Source: an uncultured Clostridia bacterium (GTDB lineage: Bacteria > Bacillota > Clostridia > TANB77 > CAG-508). Taken from it: a DNA stretch of 58,293 bases. The notes beneath the pieces were generated by a model. That model worked only from the letters and a program-made list of their open reading frames with translations. It was not told the DNA's origin and did not search any database. The stretch covers positions 1-58,293 of the forward strand of contig CANQKB010000001.1 in assembly GCA_947624405.1 (NCBI GenBank). Direction: 5' to 3'. Position numbers and translations under genes: made by a program. Each line of letters starts with the position of its first letter. Within the stretch, counting starts at the first letter, position 1. Below, in pieces: positions 28,198 to 38,184 of this stretch.

Positions 28198-29661
28198 TTA
28201 TCTTTTTCTTCTCCTTAACCACCAAACTATTCCACCAATTATTACAATTAAAACTGGATATGCAAATATAAGTATTGTTACCACTCTATCTTGTGTTTCA
28301 TCAGCAGTATACGCTATAATATTTACTGGTTTACTTAGTTTCAAAGCACCTTCAATTTCTGTTGCATGCTCAATTAAATCCAAAGAAAATATTCCATTAT
28401 GTAATACTGCAATTACTGGCACTGTTTGGCTAGTTCCTAAAAATATGGGTCTATCTATGGCAAAAGCATTATTCGCTACAACAATTAATTTTGAATTTGC
28501 ATTACCATCTTGTACAGATTTATCCATCTCTGCCGCAAGTACTGCTCTTCCAACTTGCTCTCCCTCTTGTGGAGTAAAATCAGGAATACTTGTATCTGTT
28601 CTAAAGAAAGCCATATCTGATGAATGTAGAATCTCCTGTTTTTTTACGCCCAATGTTTGTAATTCTTCATCAGACTTAAATTCTAATTTTCCAGAATTTA
28701 TAAAAAGTATTGCCATAACATTATTTATATAATCTAATTCCTCTGCTATTGGTACAATTAAATTTGGTGAATCTGTAGCATACATTCTCGATGTATCCTG
28801 CTCAACAACACATCCATCTTGTCTAATTGTAACTCCATATAAATCTAATATTGAGTTAATATTTGGTGTTTCTGTCGTAGCAGAATATGAATCATTAAGC
28901 CAAATAAGATTTCCTCCTCTATTTATATAATCTTTCATTTTATTTGTTTCATCTTCACTAAAATCACTTTTTGGTGATGTAACAAGTATACTCTTACAAT
29001 CCTCTGGCACTGATTCCACTTCTGATAAATTTAAACTCTTTAATTCATAATTTTCCATATCTGCATATGTACTAAGGAAAACCATATTAGAATTCATGTC
29101 TACTTCATTATGTCCAGTCAACACATAAACTGGTGTTGTTTTTCCTATAGACGATACTGCTATAATCGCATTTGTAAATCTTTGTTCTGATATGTCTGAA
29201 TTTTTCTTAGCAATATAATCAGTAGAATAAAAATTATCTACCATATATGTTTTATTTTTTTCTCCACATGTAAATACTACTGTGCCATATCCTGCTTCAA
29301 CATTGTATGCAGCTGCTAAATCTGGTCTTCCTTCAACTGTGACAACTTGTACATTTATATTGTTTTTTATCTTTTCGTATTGCTTTGCCACAACAACTAA
29401 AGCGTCTTTTTCATCATAATCAAACATATATATATTAATTTTGTCTTCATCTGGTATTTGAGCAATTTTTTCTTTTGATTCTTTTGTTATACTATACAAT
29501 CCATTCTCTGACAAGTCTATATTTCCTGGCTTTAGAATTTGCACTGCAATATTAATTGCCAAAAATATAACTATAATAATTGCAATAAGTATAGCTGTCA
29601 TACTTTTATCTTTTAACCATTTTGAAGTTAATACATTTATAATTTTATTCAAATTTCTCAC
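28198..29661 (-). CDS. GldG-like ABC transporter auxiliary component
   Basis: 487 aa with TM anchors at both ends. It follows the ABC-2 permease and ATPase genes. Confidence 0.65.
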   Translation of the reverse strand: MRNLNKIINVLTSKWLKDKSMTAILIAIIIVIFLAINIAVQILKPGNIDLSENGLYSITKESKEKIAQIPDEDKINIYMFDYDEKDALVVVAKQYEKIKNNINVQVVTVEGRPDLAAAYNVEAGYGTVVFTCGEKNKTYMVDNFYSTDYIAKKNSDISEQRFTNAIIAVSSIGKTTPVYVLTGHNEVDMNSNMVFLSTYADMENYELKSLNLSEVESVPEDCKSILVTSPKSDFSEDETNKMKDYINRGGNLIWLNDSYSATTETPNINSILDLYGVTIRQDGCVVEQDTSRMYATDSPNLIVPIAEELDYINNVMAILFINSGKLEFKSDEELQTLGVKKQEILHSSDMAFFRTDTSIPDFTPQEGEQVGRAVLAAEMDKSVQDGNANSKLIVVANNAFAIDRPIFLGTSQTVPVIAVLHNGIFSLDLIEHATEIEGALKLSKPVNIIAYTADETQDRVVTILIFAYPVLIVIIGGIVWWLRRRKR

Positions 29662-29665
29662 CTCT

Positions 29666-30352
29666 TTATTTTAGATTTCTTCTTCTCTGTAAAACAGTAA
29701 TTGTTAGTAATGTAAATAACAAAAACTGAGAAAGCAGAACTATTGTATCACTAATTGAAACGACACCATTTAAAAAATTTTGAAATGCATATATTGGTGA
29801 TAGCATTACAAGAACTTCTGTTATATTTGGTAAAAACCAAGTTGCTACCAATAAAACTACTGTAGCTATTGCAGATATTATTTGATTTTCTGTAAGACTT
29901 GACATAAAGCCTCCAAAAGATATATATACTAATGAAAGTAATAAAAATCCACCTAACATTACTAATGTTGGTACAACTTCAATTAATCCTCCAGCAAAAT
30001 AGCAAAATATAGCATAATACAATAAAGATAAAATCTCAGTAACAACTATAACAACTAATGCTGCTAAAAATTTACCTAAAACTATACTTGTCATACTCTT
30101 TGAAGATGTAAATAATAACATTTCTGTTCCATTTTTTCTTTCAGTTGCAAACATTCCCATTGTTAAAAACGCTATTGAAAATGTTAAAAGTTCAGCTCCA
30201 TACATAAACAACCCAGTATATTCAACAATTCCTTGATTCTTTAAAAACATATTAAAAAATACTGATGATAAAAGCAAAAATGCTCCTATAAATATGTATC
30301 CTACAGGAGAATAAAAATAACTCTTAACTTCTTTTTTTATTATTGCCCACAT
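29666..30352 (-). CDS. ABC-2 type transporter permease (GldF-like)
   Basis: 228 aa with six TM helices. Its start overlaps the stop of the ATPase gene. Confidence 0.7.
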   Translation of the reverse strand: MWAIIKKEVKSYFYSPVGYIFIGAFLLLSSVFFNMFLKNQGIVEYTGLFMYGAELLTFSIAFLTMGMFATERKNGTEMLLFTSSKSMTSIVLGKFLAALVVIVVTEILSLLYYAIFCYFAGGLIEVVPTLVMLGGFLLLSLVYISFGGFMSSLTENQIISAIATVVLLVATWFLPNITEVLVMLSPIYAFQNFLNGVVSISDTIVLLSQFLLFTLLTITVLQRRRNLK

Positions 30353-31428
30353 TATTTTTTTCCTCCTTTATTCTTCTTTTTCTTTGACTTTTTTGAATTA
30401 TTATCATTATCAACTTTTTTTATTTCTTGTTTTACTTCATTCTTCTTTTCTTTACTTTCTTCTTTCTTCTCTTCTTTATTTAAGTTCTCTATCTTATCGC
30501 TATCTATTAAATTAATAAATGCTTCTTCTAATGTTGTTTCAGATTGTTTTAATTCAAAAATAGTAATACCTTCTCTTGCAAATGTTTCAAAAATCTCTTT
30601 TCTTATATCCGCATCATTTATTGATGTAATACCATATTGCTTTGTACCATCTGCAAGTTCTTTCATAAGTTGTACACCTTTTGCTCTTTTCATCTGTTTT
30701 ACAACTTCTTTTATCTTATTTTCAGGATCTTCTATTGTAACTAAGAAAATATTCTCTTCTTTTACTTTTCCCTCTAAGTTAGATGGTGTATCTATTGCTA
30801 CAATTTTACCTTTATTAATAATAATAACTTTCTCACAAATTTGACTTATTTCTGATAGTATATGCGAACTCAAAATTACAGTATGTTCTTTTCCAAGTTC
30901 CTTTATCAAATTTCTAAACTGTATTACTTGTTTTGGGTCTAACCCTACAGTAGGTTCATCAAGTATAAGAACTTTTGGATTTCCTACAAGTGCACCTGCT
31001 AAACTTACACGTTGCTTATATCCTCTTGAAAGGTTCCTTATTAGTTTATTTTGTACATCTTCTACATTTACCTCTTTTAGTATTTTCTGCACCTCTTCTT
31101 TTCTCTTTTTCCTTGGAACTCCCTTTAATTCTGCTACATAACTTATAAATTCCCTAGGTGTTAAATCTTGATACATTGGTGTTGTCTCCGGCATATATCC
31201 AATCGACTTTTTTGCTTTTCTAGGTTTTGTACTTATATCATAGCCTTCTACTTCTATGCTTCCTGAACTTGGTTCTATAAATCCAGTTATCATATTCATT
31301 GTAGTCGTTTTGCCTGCTCCATTAGGTCCCAAAAAGCCAACTATTTCTCCGTCTTTTATCTTAAAACTCACATCTTTAACGGCTACATATCCTCCGTACT
31401 TTTTAGTAACATTTTCTACTTTAATCAA
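30352..31428 (-). CDS. ABC transporter ATP-binding protein with Lys/Glu-rich C-terminal tail
   Basis: Walker A GPNGAGKTT, signature LSRGYKQRVSLAGA and Walker B LILDEPT. The roughly 60-aa tail is EEKKEESKEKKNE...KKSKKKKNKGGKK. Confidence 0.9.
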   Translation of the reverse strand: MIKVENVTKKYGGYVAVKDVSFKIKDGEIVGFLGPNGAGKTTTMNMITGFIEPSSGSIEVEGYDISTKPRKAKKSIGYMPETTPMYQDLTPREFISYVAELKGVPRKKRKEEVQKILKEVNVEDVQNKLIRNLSRGYKQRVSLAGALVGNPKVLILDEPTVGLDPKQVIQFRNLIKELGKEHTVILSSHILSEISQICEKVIIINKGKIVAIDTPSNLEGKVKEENIFLVTIEDPENKIKEVVKQMKRAKGVQLMKELADGTKQYGITSINDADIRKEIFETFAREGITIFELKQSETTLEEAFINLIDSDKIENLNKEEKKEESKEKKNEVKQEIKKVDNDNNSKKSKKKKNKGGKK

Positions 31429-31674
31429 AGTACTTCCTCCTTTTTTCTATAAAATCACATTAATATTACCACGTGTAGCAAATAATTGCAAGTTTTTTAC
31501 ATGAAATTCACAAATTTTATTTACGGAAAGTTGCAATTCACAGTTTAAAAAATTCGAACTAATCAAATTACAATTGTTTGCTTTTAACATAAGTAATAGA
31601 AAAAATCTGTACAAATTTTTTATTATTTTATATCTTTTCCTTCCAAATAAAAAAATTTTTGCTATAATTATATC

Positions 31675-31760
31675 GTGATTTAATTGAATTGAGCCTCGTC
31701 AACTCAATTTGATATCAGTTGTAAGAGGAGTCCCTATACAGGGGCTCCTCTCTCCTTTTT
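31675..31760 (+). ncRNA. candidate small RNA
   Basis: Extended -10 TGCTATAAT at 31660-31668. One hairpin is AATTGAG...CTCAATT. A GC-rich terminator GAGGAGTCCC-TATACA-GGGGCTCCTC is followed by CTCCTTTTT. No ORF. Confidence 0.3.
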
Positions 31761-31776
31761 ACACGATTAAAAAATA

Positions 31777-32412
31777 TCAAAGTATATTATTTGCTATAGT
31801 CAATACAATATTTTTAGTAGTTGGTTTCATATCACTTTCGCATTGAAAATATTGTTCCAATTTTTCTATATCTCCATCATAATACATCGTCTCCGTTGCC
31901 TTATTTATACTGCTCTTTATGTTTAATATAGTTTTACCATACTTCTTAGATAAAACTGGATATATATCTTTTTGGAAATTATTTATAATTCTTTCTTTGT
32001 GTAAATATACCTGCATTACTGCATCTGCTAAATATTGAGTTCCTTTATATTTTTCTTTGTAACCTAATTTTACCAATTCATTTACTACCATTTCTCTTTT
32101 CATATCTACATCTACTTCTTTTATTAAAGCCTTAATATTATCTATAGTGTTTTTAGAAATGAAACCATTTTTATTATTTCTAATTGTTGCAGACCTTATA
32201 TTAAATGTTTTAAAGAAATTTCTATCATAATCTTGCCTTACTGTTTCATCAAAAAGTACTAAATCTGGTTCTGCAAATTCTAAATACTTTAACGTATCCT
32301 CCTTACTCGTGGATATTTTAACTAAATGAATCTTCATTTTGTGTTTCTCAAATTCTCCTATTAACCTATCTAGGAGATAGATGTCATTTGTGATAACCAT
32401 TGTTTTCACCAT
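31777..32412 (-). CDS. Spo0A C-terminal-domain-like transcription regulator with degenerate receiver domain
   Basis: The C-terminal half KGTQYLADAVMQVYLHKE...IYPVLSKKYGKTILNIKSSINKATETMY resembles the Spo0A_C DNA-binding domain. Confidence 0.6.
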   Translation of the reverse strand: MVKTMVITNDIYLLDRLIGEFEKHKMKIHLVKISTSKEDTLKYLEFAEPDLVLFDETVRQDYDRNFFKTFNIRSATIRNNKNGFISKNTIDNIKALIKEVDVDMKREMVVNELVKLGYKEKYKGTQYLADAVMQVYLHKERIINNFQKDIYPVLSKKYGKTILNIKSSINKATETMYYDGDIEKLEQYFQCESDMKPTTKNIVLTIANNIL

Positions 32413-32579
32413 AGTTTTTTCCTCCTTTAAATAATTTAAGCTTTTTTCGCTTCATACAGTAGTGCCTTTTGCTTACAAAAAAAGTTTCAATTTTTTTATT
32501 TTTTTTATTTTTTGTCGAATTTTGTCAAATGGTGATATAATGGGCTTGTAAAAATTTTTATTTAAAGGAGGTACAAATT

Positions 32580-33002
32580 ATGAAAAAAATTTGTAATAAA
32601 ATTTTATCTTGTGCTATATTAGCACTATTAATTCTTTCAACATTCTCAATGTTTGTTCCAGTAAGAGCCGCAGTGATTGACTCTCCTGTTTCACCTGCGT
32701 CATATGAACAATATAACTTTTCATTTAAAGGAACATATGGACTTGCATCTGATTTTTATGGAATGTTTATGGATGTAACAGTTCGTGGAACAGCCGCTAA
32801 TAATAATAATGAAACAATTACTTTAGATGTATTTATAAATAACAGAAATGTAACTAAATCTTATACCTTCTTAACAGATGGTCAAAATCATGTATTTAAA
32901 AATATTTATTTAGGTTTATCAGGTGGAAGTAATGTCCATTTTAAATTTACCGGAGCTAATCCAAATGTAGAAATATATATGTTTATGGATGCAATGAGTT
33001 AA
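32580..33002 (+). CDS. small secreted protein
   Basis: 140 aa behind RBS AAAGGAGG. Signal peptide ...LSTFSMFVPVRA-AV. Confidence 0.6.
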   Translation: MKKICNKILSCAILALLILSTFSMFVPVRAAVIDSPVSPASYEQYNFSFKGTYGLASDFYGMFMDVTVRGTAANNNNETITLDVFINNRNVTKSYTFLTDGQNHVFKNIYLGLSGGSNVHFKFTGANPNVEIYMFMDAMS

Positions 33003-33010
33003 AATAAAAA

Positions 33011-33047
33011 ATAATCTCCATTTAGCTAAATACTAAATGGAGATTAT
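33011..33047. terminator. bidirectional terminator between convergent genes
   Basis: ATAATCTCCATTTA-loop-TAAATGGAGATTAT flanked by A and T runs. Confidence 0.65.
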
Positions 33048-33050
33048 TTT

Positions 33051-34412
33051 TTAAAATTTTTTCAATTCATACATCCTTCCATCTATTTTTATTTTTATCA
33101 GTTCACATTCCGTATTATCAAAATTTACAATTATTATATTCTTTACTTCATTAGTTTTATTATTATCATTTAAATATGCAGAATATCCTTCATATATTTT
33201 TCCTTTTTCATCTATTAATTCTACCTCTGTTAATTTAAAATTATTAGTATTAACAATTGCATAAAATCCTGTTTCAGTCACTATAGCCTTTTCAACATCT
33301 TCATTATCACAAGTATATTCTACATAATTTCTCGTAATAAATTTATCATCCAAATCAATTTCAAACTCAACATTCTTTGCTAATTCTTCATATTTATTAT
33401 TTCCAAACATTGATTTTCCTGTTAACATTACCTTTGAAAAACTTATATGCAAAGTTCTTGATTTTGGGAAACTATCAGTAAACATATATGTCAATTCTTT
33501 TATGCTATGTTTATCACCTTCAATCGGTTTCGTTGCAGTCTTTTTACTATATTGTTCTATTGCAATATTTGCTTTATCACAAATCACATTTCCATTTTCA
33601 TCTACTATTTTCAAATCTGGAATAGAAATATCATCATATTTACCAATATCATTCTCTGACTGCAACTCATACACCATATACAAATTCATTTCATCCATTA
33701 GTAAATACTCAACTCTAAGTTTATATCCATCTCCCAAATCAATATAATCCATATCAACCTGTTGGAACCATTCCGAAGATTCAATTGCTTCTAATATTCC
33801 TTCATTATATACACCTTTACTCGTTGTATCAAATAATCCCATTATGTAGTTAATAATACTTATAGCAATTACGCTTGTTGCAACGAAGATGCATAAAATC
33901 CATATAAAGATTGTAAAGCGTTTGATACCTTTTCTTTCTAACTTCCCTTTACCTCTTCTTAATATTGTTTTCAAAGTATTTTCATTAATATGTAATCTTT
34001 TAGATATTTCTTTAGTTGAAAGCTCATCTTCAAAATACAATCTAAAAATTTCTCTTTCTTTTTCGTCTAACTTATCCATAATGCTATCAAAATCTACTTT
34101 GTCTTCAATTTTATAGTCAGTTTTATCTACAATTTCTTCTGTAATCTCATCAATGCTTTTACGTTTTTCATAAAATTTCTTACACTTATTTTTTAGTATT
34201 CCTATTATCCAAGGCTTAAATTTATCATTATCTTCTAATTTATTAAGACTTAAATAAGCTGTATACAAAGTATCTTGTACTATGTCTTGAGCATCATGAT
34301 AATTCTTTATCTTTTTTATTGCCATCTTCATTAAATCTGCTTCTACATCTTTAATGAGCATAGAATATGCCTCACTATCTTTATGCTTTGCTCTTTCAAC
34401 TAATTCATTCAT
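33051..34412 (-). CDS. ECF-type sigma-70 factor fused to a TM helix and a large extracytoplasmic domain
   Basis: Region 2 (DAQDIVQDTLYTAYLSL...KPWIIGILKNKC) and region 4 (EREIFRLYFEDELSTKEISKRLHINENTLKTILRRGKGKL) are followed by a TM helix FTIFIWILCIFVATSVIAISII and about 260 aa more. Confidence 0.7.
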   Translation of the reverse strand: MNELVERAKHKDSEAYSMLIKDVEADLMKMAIKKIKNYHDAQDIVQDTLYTAYLSLNKLEDNDKFKPWIIGILKNKCKKFYEKRKSIDEITEEIVDKTDYKIEDKVDFDSIMDKLDEKEREIFRLYFEDELSTKEISKRLHINENTLKTILRRGKGKLERKGIKRFTIFIWILCIFVATSVIAISIINYIMGLFDTTSKGVYNEGILEAIESSEWFQQVDMDYIDLGDGYKLRVEYLLMDEMNLYMVYELQSENDIGKYDDISIPDLKIVDENGNVICDKANIAIEQYSKKTATKPIEGDKHSIKELTYMFTDSFPKSRTLHISFSKVMLTGKSMFGNNKYEELAKNVEFEIDLDDKFITRNYVEYTCDNEDVEKAIVTETGFYAIVNTNNFKLTEVELIDEKGKIYEGYSAYLNDNNKTNEVKNIIIVNFDNTECELIKIKIDGRMYELKKF

Positions 34413-34820
34413 CTTTCATCACTTCAACCCCTTTAAAGTTTACATATTAATTTTACATTTATTTCTGCATAATAAGACATTAAATTAATGTCATTTTAAA
34501 AATTGATTAAATTTAACCAAAAATATCAAAATTATAACCACAGGATAAAATTTTACAATTTTTAAAACATACAATTCTGTATTTTACCTATAATATATCA
34601 TTATTTCTGTTGTTTTTCAATATCAAAGAATTAACATTTTTTTCCATTTTTAATATTTCCTTAAAACTTTTTCTATAGACTTTTACCTTTTTTTCTTATA
34701 TAATATATGTGCTAATTAATAAATACATATTAAACTCATGAGAAGAAATATTACTATATACAAAATAATTTATGAGATAATATATAAACTAGAAAAATTA
34801 GAAAGGAATGAACTATAATT

Positions 34821-36070
34821 ATGAGAAATAGAAGCAGACGGTTACAAAAGAAAAAGAATAAACTACAAAAAACTAATCCTAGCAATATCCATCCTAGTAA
34901 TCCTCATAGGTGCATTAGGACTTGCAATTGGTCTTTCAATAAGACCAACACAAACTCCAATTGCTACAGATGACCAAAAAAGCGAACCAGAGATAATTAT
35001 TCCTGAAGACAAAACAATAAATTTCGTTGCAATTGGTGATATAATGTGTCATTCTACAAATTATGAATCTGTATATAATGCAGAAACAGATACATATGAT
35101 TTTTCTCCATGTTTTGTAAATGTATCAAAATATATATCTAAAGCAGATATATCTCTTGGTAATCTTGAAACTACTTTTGCAGGTGAAGACAACAGAGGAT
35201 ACTCAGGATATCCAGAATTTAACACTCCTTCAGCACTTGGACAAGCCTTAAAAGACATGGGGTTAGATATTGTTTCAACTGCAAACAACCATTCTTTAGA
35301 CAGACGTTTTTCAGGGGTTGAAAATACTTTAAATGAACTAGATTCATTAGGAATTGCCCATACTGGTACTTCTCGTACTGAAGAAGAACAAAATACAGTA
35401 CTAGTTCGTGACGTAAATGGAATAAAAATCGCATTTTTGTCATTTACATATGGAACAAATGGTATTCCTGTCTCTTCTGGGAAAGATTTTTCCGTAAATA
35501 TTATAAATGATAACCTTATTTTACAACAAATTGCCCTTGCTAAAGAACAAAATGTTGATATGATATGTGTAAGTATGCATTGGGGTGATGAATACTCTCA
35601 AAAAATAAATGCCGAGCAAAAAAGGCTAACAAATTTACTTTTTGAAAATGGTGTTGATTTAATAATAGGCAATCATGCACATGTAGTAGAACCAATGGAA
35701 AAAAGAACTGTCACACTTGCTGATGGAACTGAAAAAGATTGTTTTGTTGCATACGCTTTAGGGAATTTTATTTCTGGACAAGTTGATACTCATACTAAAA
35801 GTACAATTATTCTTGATATGAAAATAACAAAAAATGGTGAAACTGGAAAAATCTCTATTGATAGTGTTGATTATATACCTGTTTATTGCTATGATAGAGG
35901 ACGTTCTGCCGAAAATAGATATGAATTATTAGATATTCGAGATTCAATTGCTGAGTATGAAAGTGGTAACACTGAGAAAATAAATGCAAATGTATACAGT
36001 ACATTAAAATCAGAACTTAACAATATTGAATCTGTAGTTCGGTGAACCCATAAAAGCTACTGATGAATAA
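34821..36070 (+). CDS. CapA family (PGA_cap metallophosphatase-like) protein; needs a +1 shift at CGG 34839-34841 and probably at 36040-36042
   Basis: ATG at 34821 (RBS GAAAGGAA) gives MRNRSR, then CGG. The +1 frame continues GYKRKRINYKKLILAISILVILIGALGLAIG (TM anchor) into INFVAIGDIMCH...GNLETTFAG...STANNHSLDR. Near the end, GTT CGG TGA either stops the protein or, with the shift, adds GEPIKATDE up to 36070. Confidence 0.75.
34839..34841 (+). other. in-frame CGG, +1 recoding site (AGA CGG T -> AGA-GGT)
   Basis: Codon 7 from the ATG at 34821. The long CapA frame, open from 34825, is +1. Confidence 0.65.
36040..36042 (+). other. in-frame CGG followed by TGA; possible +1 recoding site (GTT CGG TGA -> GTT-GGT-GAA)
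   Basis: Last sense codon of the CapA ORF. The +1 frame stays open for 9 more codons. Confidence 0.4.
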
Positions 36071-36072
36071 AT

Positions 36073-36108
36073 ATTTCAAAGCAACTATTTTCAGGCTTTT
36101 TCTAAAAT
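36073..36108. repeat. solo arm of the inner palindromic element seen in MITE copy 1
   Basis: ATTTCAAAGCAACTATTTTCAGGCTTTTTCTAAAATT compared with 23106-23142 ATTTCAAAACAACTATTTTCAGGCTTTTTATAAAATT. Confidence 0.6.
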
Positions 36109-36122
36109 TGGATAAACTGTTT

Positions 36123-36333
36123 TTTACAATCCATACCCTGACTAGCTAAGCGTGGAGAAATGTTTTAAAAATTGAAGTGAAGTTCGACCTACGCGTTTTT
36201 TTGCTTGTACATTTTCAAATTCGTATCTATAATTTAACAATCCAAAATATCTTAAACGCCTTGGAGAACACAACGCCACATTTTTAAAACATTTTCTCAG
36301 GTAGCTTAGCGAAAACCAAATGTGAACTGTAAC
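36123..36333. mobile_element. MITE copy 2
   Basis: Collinear with copy 3 over about 210 bp (…CTAGCTAAGCGTGGAGAAATGTTTTAAAAATTGAAGTGAAGTTCGACC…CATTTTCTCAGGTAGCTTAGCGAAAA…TGTGAACTGTAAC). Flanks are AACTGTTT and AACACTTT (6/8). The track ORF 36142-36378 lies inside it. Confidence 0.75.
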
Positions 36334-36425
36334 AACACTTTCGTTTTTTTTTGACTTTTTTTTCATTTTTTCTTGCATTTTTTCTTATTTTATTATATCA
36401 TGTTAAACTGAGAGGGGTGAAATCA

Positions 36426-37479
36426 TTGAGAAAAAATCTTCAAACTAAAAGTTTTAATGGAATAAAAGTATTAGTTGTTGATGACGAAATAGGTATTATT
36501 GATTCTTTATCAATATTCTTAAAAAGATATGGCTATGATTTTATCCGGTGTTACCAATCCACTTGAAGCTATAGAAAAAATTAAAACAGAGCATTTTGAT
36601 TTAATGATACTAGACTTTATAATGACACCTATTCATGGAGACCAGGTTGTAGAAGAAATACGTAAATTCAATAAAGAATTATATATACTATTACTTACAG
36701 GACATAAAGATTTGGCTCCACCGCTTGAAACAATTAAAAGATTAGATATTCAAGGATATTGTGAAAAAAGCGATAAATTTGATCAACTTCTTCTTTTAAT
36801 TGAATCAGCAGTTAAAGCAATTAAACAAATGAATACTATTCGTGAAATAAATGAGGAATTAAAAGATACAAACGCAAAATTAGAACAAGCATATTTAGAT
36901 AGTATAGAAACTTTAAGATATACAGTAGAAGCAAAGGATCCTTATACAAAAGGTCATTCAGATAGAGTTTCTGAATATTCAGTTTTGATTGGAAAATATC
37001 TTGGATTAAATGAAGAAGAATTGCATACACTAAAAATAGGTGGATTATTTCATGATATCGGCAAAATTGGGATTCCAGATAGTATTTTACTAAAACCTGG
37101 AAAATTATCACCTGAAGAATATTCTGAAATAAAAAATCACCCAGCAATTGGAGTGCATATATTATCAAATGCTACTATTTTTAAGGATATTATTCCAATT
37201 GTAAAACATCATCATGAAAGATATGATGGTTGTGGATATCCTTCAAAGCTTGCTGGAGATAATATACCGTATCTTGCTAGAATTACTGCTCTTGCAGATA
37301 CATTTGATGCTATGACTTCAAAAAGAACTTACAGAGATGCTTTAAATGTAGATACTGTAATTGCTGAAATAGGAAAATGCAGAAGAGTTCAATTTGATCC
37401 ACAAATTGCTGATGTATTTTTAGATATTTTGCATAATCATTTCGATGAAGTAGAAGAGATAATGCAAAAATATGCTTAA
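36426..37479 (+). CDS. response regulator receiver domain fused to HD-GYP domain; continuous only with a +1 shift at CGG 36546-36548
   Basis: TTG start behind GAGAGGGGTGA gives MRKNLQTKSFNGIKVLVVDDEIGIIDSLSIFLKRYGYDFI, then CGG. The +1 frame continues GVTNPLEAIEKIKTEHFDLMILDFIMTP...HSDRVSEY...FHDIGKIGIPD...HHERYDGCGYP. Confidence 0.85.
36546..36548 (+). other. in-frame CGG, +1 recoding site (ATC CGG T -> ATC-GGT)
   Basis: In frame with the TTG start at 36426. ORF 36529-37479 is in the +1 frame. Confidence 0.7.
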
Positions 37480-37568
37480 TTAACTTTGATATTATAATTT
37501 TTTATTATAATATATACACAGTGTACATTTAAATTGTACATATATAAATTTAAAAGGAGGAACAAAAG

Positions 37569-37925
37569 ATGGATGAAGAAAAAAATAATCCGGAAGAATT
37601 TAATGACCCTATTAATAATAATCCTACTCAAAACTATGAAGCTAATAATTACTCAAATAACAATGCTCCAGTTGAGAGAAAAGGATTTAATATTACATCT
37701 ATGATACTAGGTATTATTTCTACAGTTACATTCTGCTATTGGTACGCTTCAATCCCTTCTGGAATAATCGCAATTATATTCAGTATTGCAGGTAGAAAAG
37801 ATGGTGGACGTGGAATGGGTATTGCAGGTATGGTTCTTGGTATAGTTGGTATAGTTTTATGTATAGCAGTATACATTATGGCAGTAATGTTTGGTCTTGC
37901 AGTATTAGATGCTTCAACATATTAA
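37569..37925 (+). CDS. DUF4190-like small membrane protein
   Basis: Asn/Pro-rich N-terminus followed by two TM helices with GIIAIIFSIAGRK...GIAGMVLGIVGIVLC. RBS AAAGGAGG. Confidence 0.6.
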   Translation: MDEEKNNPEEFNDPINNNPTQNYEANNYSNNNAPVERKGFNITSMILGIISTVTFCYWYASIPSGIIAIIFSIAGRKDGGRGMGIAGMVLGIVGIVLCIAVYIMAVMFGLAVLDASTY

Positions 37926-37936
37926 TCAATATTTTT

Positions 37937-37963
37937 AAGAGGACTCTTTTCTTGAGTCCTCTT
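37937..37963 (+). terminator. rho-independent terminator
   Basis: AAGAGGACTC-TTTTCTT-GAGTCCTCTT. Confidence 0.6.
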
Positions 37964-37980
37964 TGGTTATAAATCATTTA

Positions 37981-38184
37981 TTAAATCCATCTTCTTATAT
38001 TCCATACTATTAAAAGTACTAAAATACAAACAATTAATACATATACCATATTAGGAGTTTGTTTTTTTCCATTTTTCCTCGTTTTTATTAAAATAAAAAA
38101 TAAATATATAGATAAAATATATGCAATTCCAATTACAACAAAATTCATATTTAGCTCTTCTTTCATATTAAAATTATTCTTCAA
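37981..38184 (-). CDS. small two-TM membrane protein
   Basis: 67-aa ORF overlapping the stop of the upstream DUF2752 gene. Confidence 0.4.
   Translation of the reverse strand: MKNNFNMKEELNMNFVVIGIAYILSIYLFFILIKTRKNGKKQTPNMVYVLIVCILVLLIVWNIRRWI

Noticed and set aside
36142-36378. 78-aa ORF on the minus strand from the ORF track
   Set aside because: It lies entirely within MITE copy 2 and its flank, has no RBS, and its sequence is explained by the repeat.
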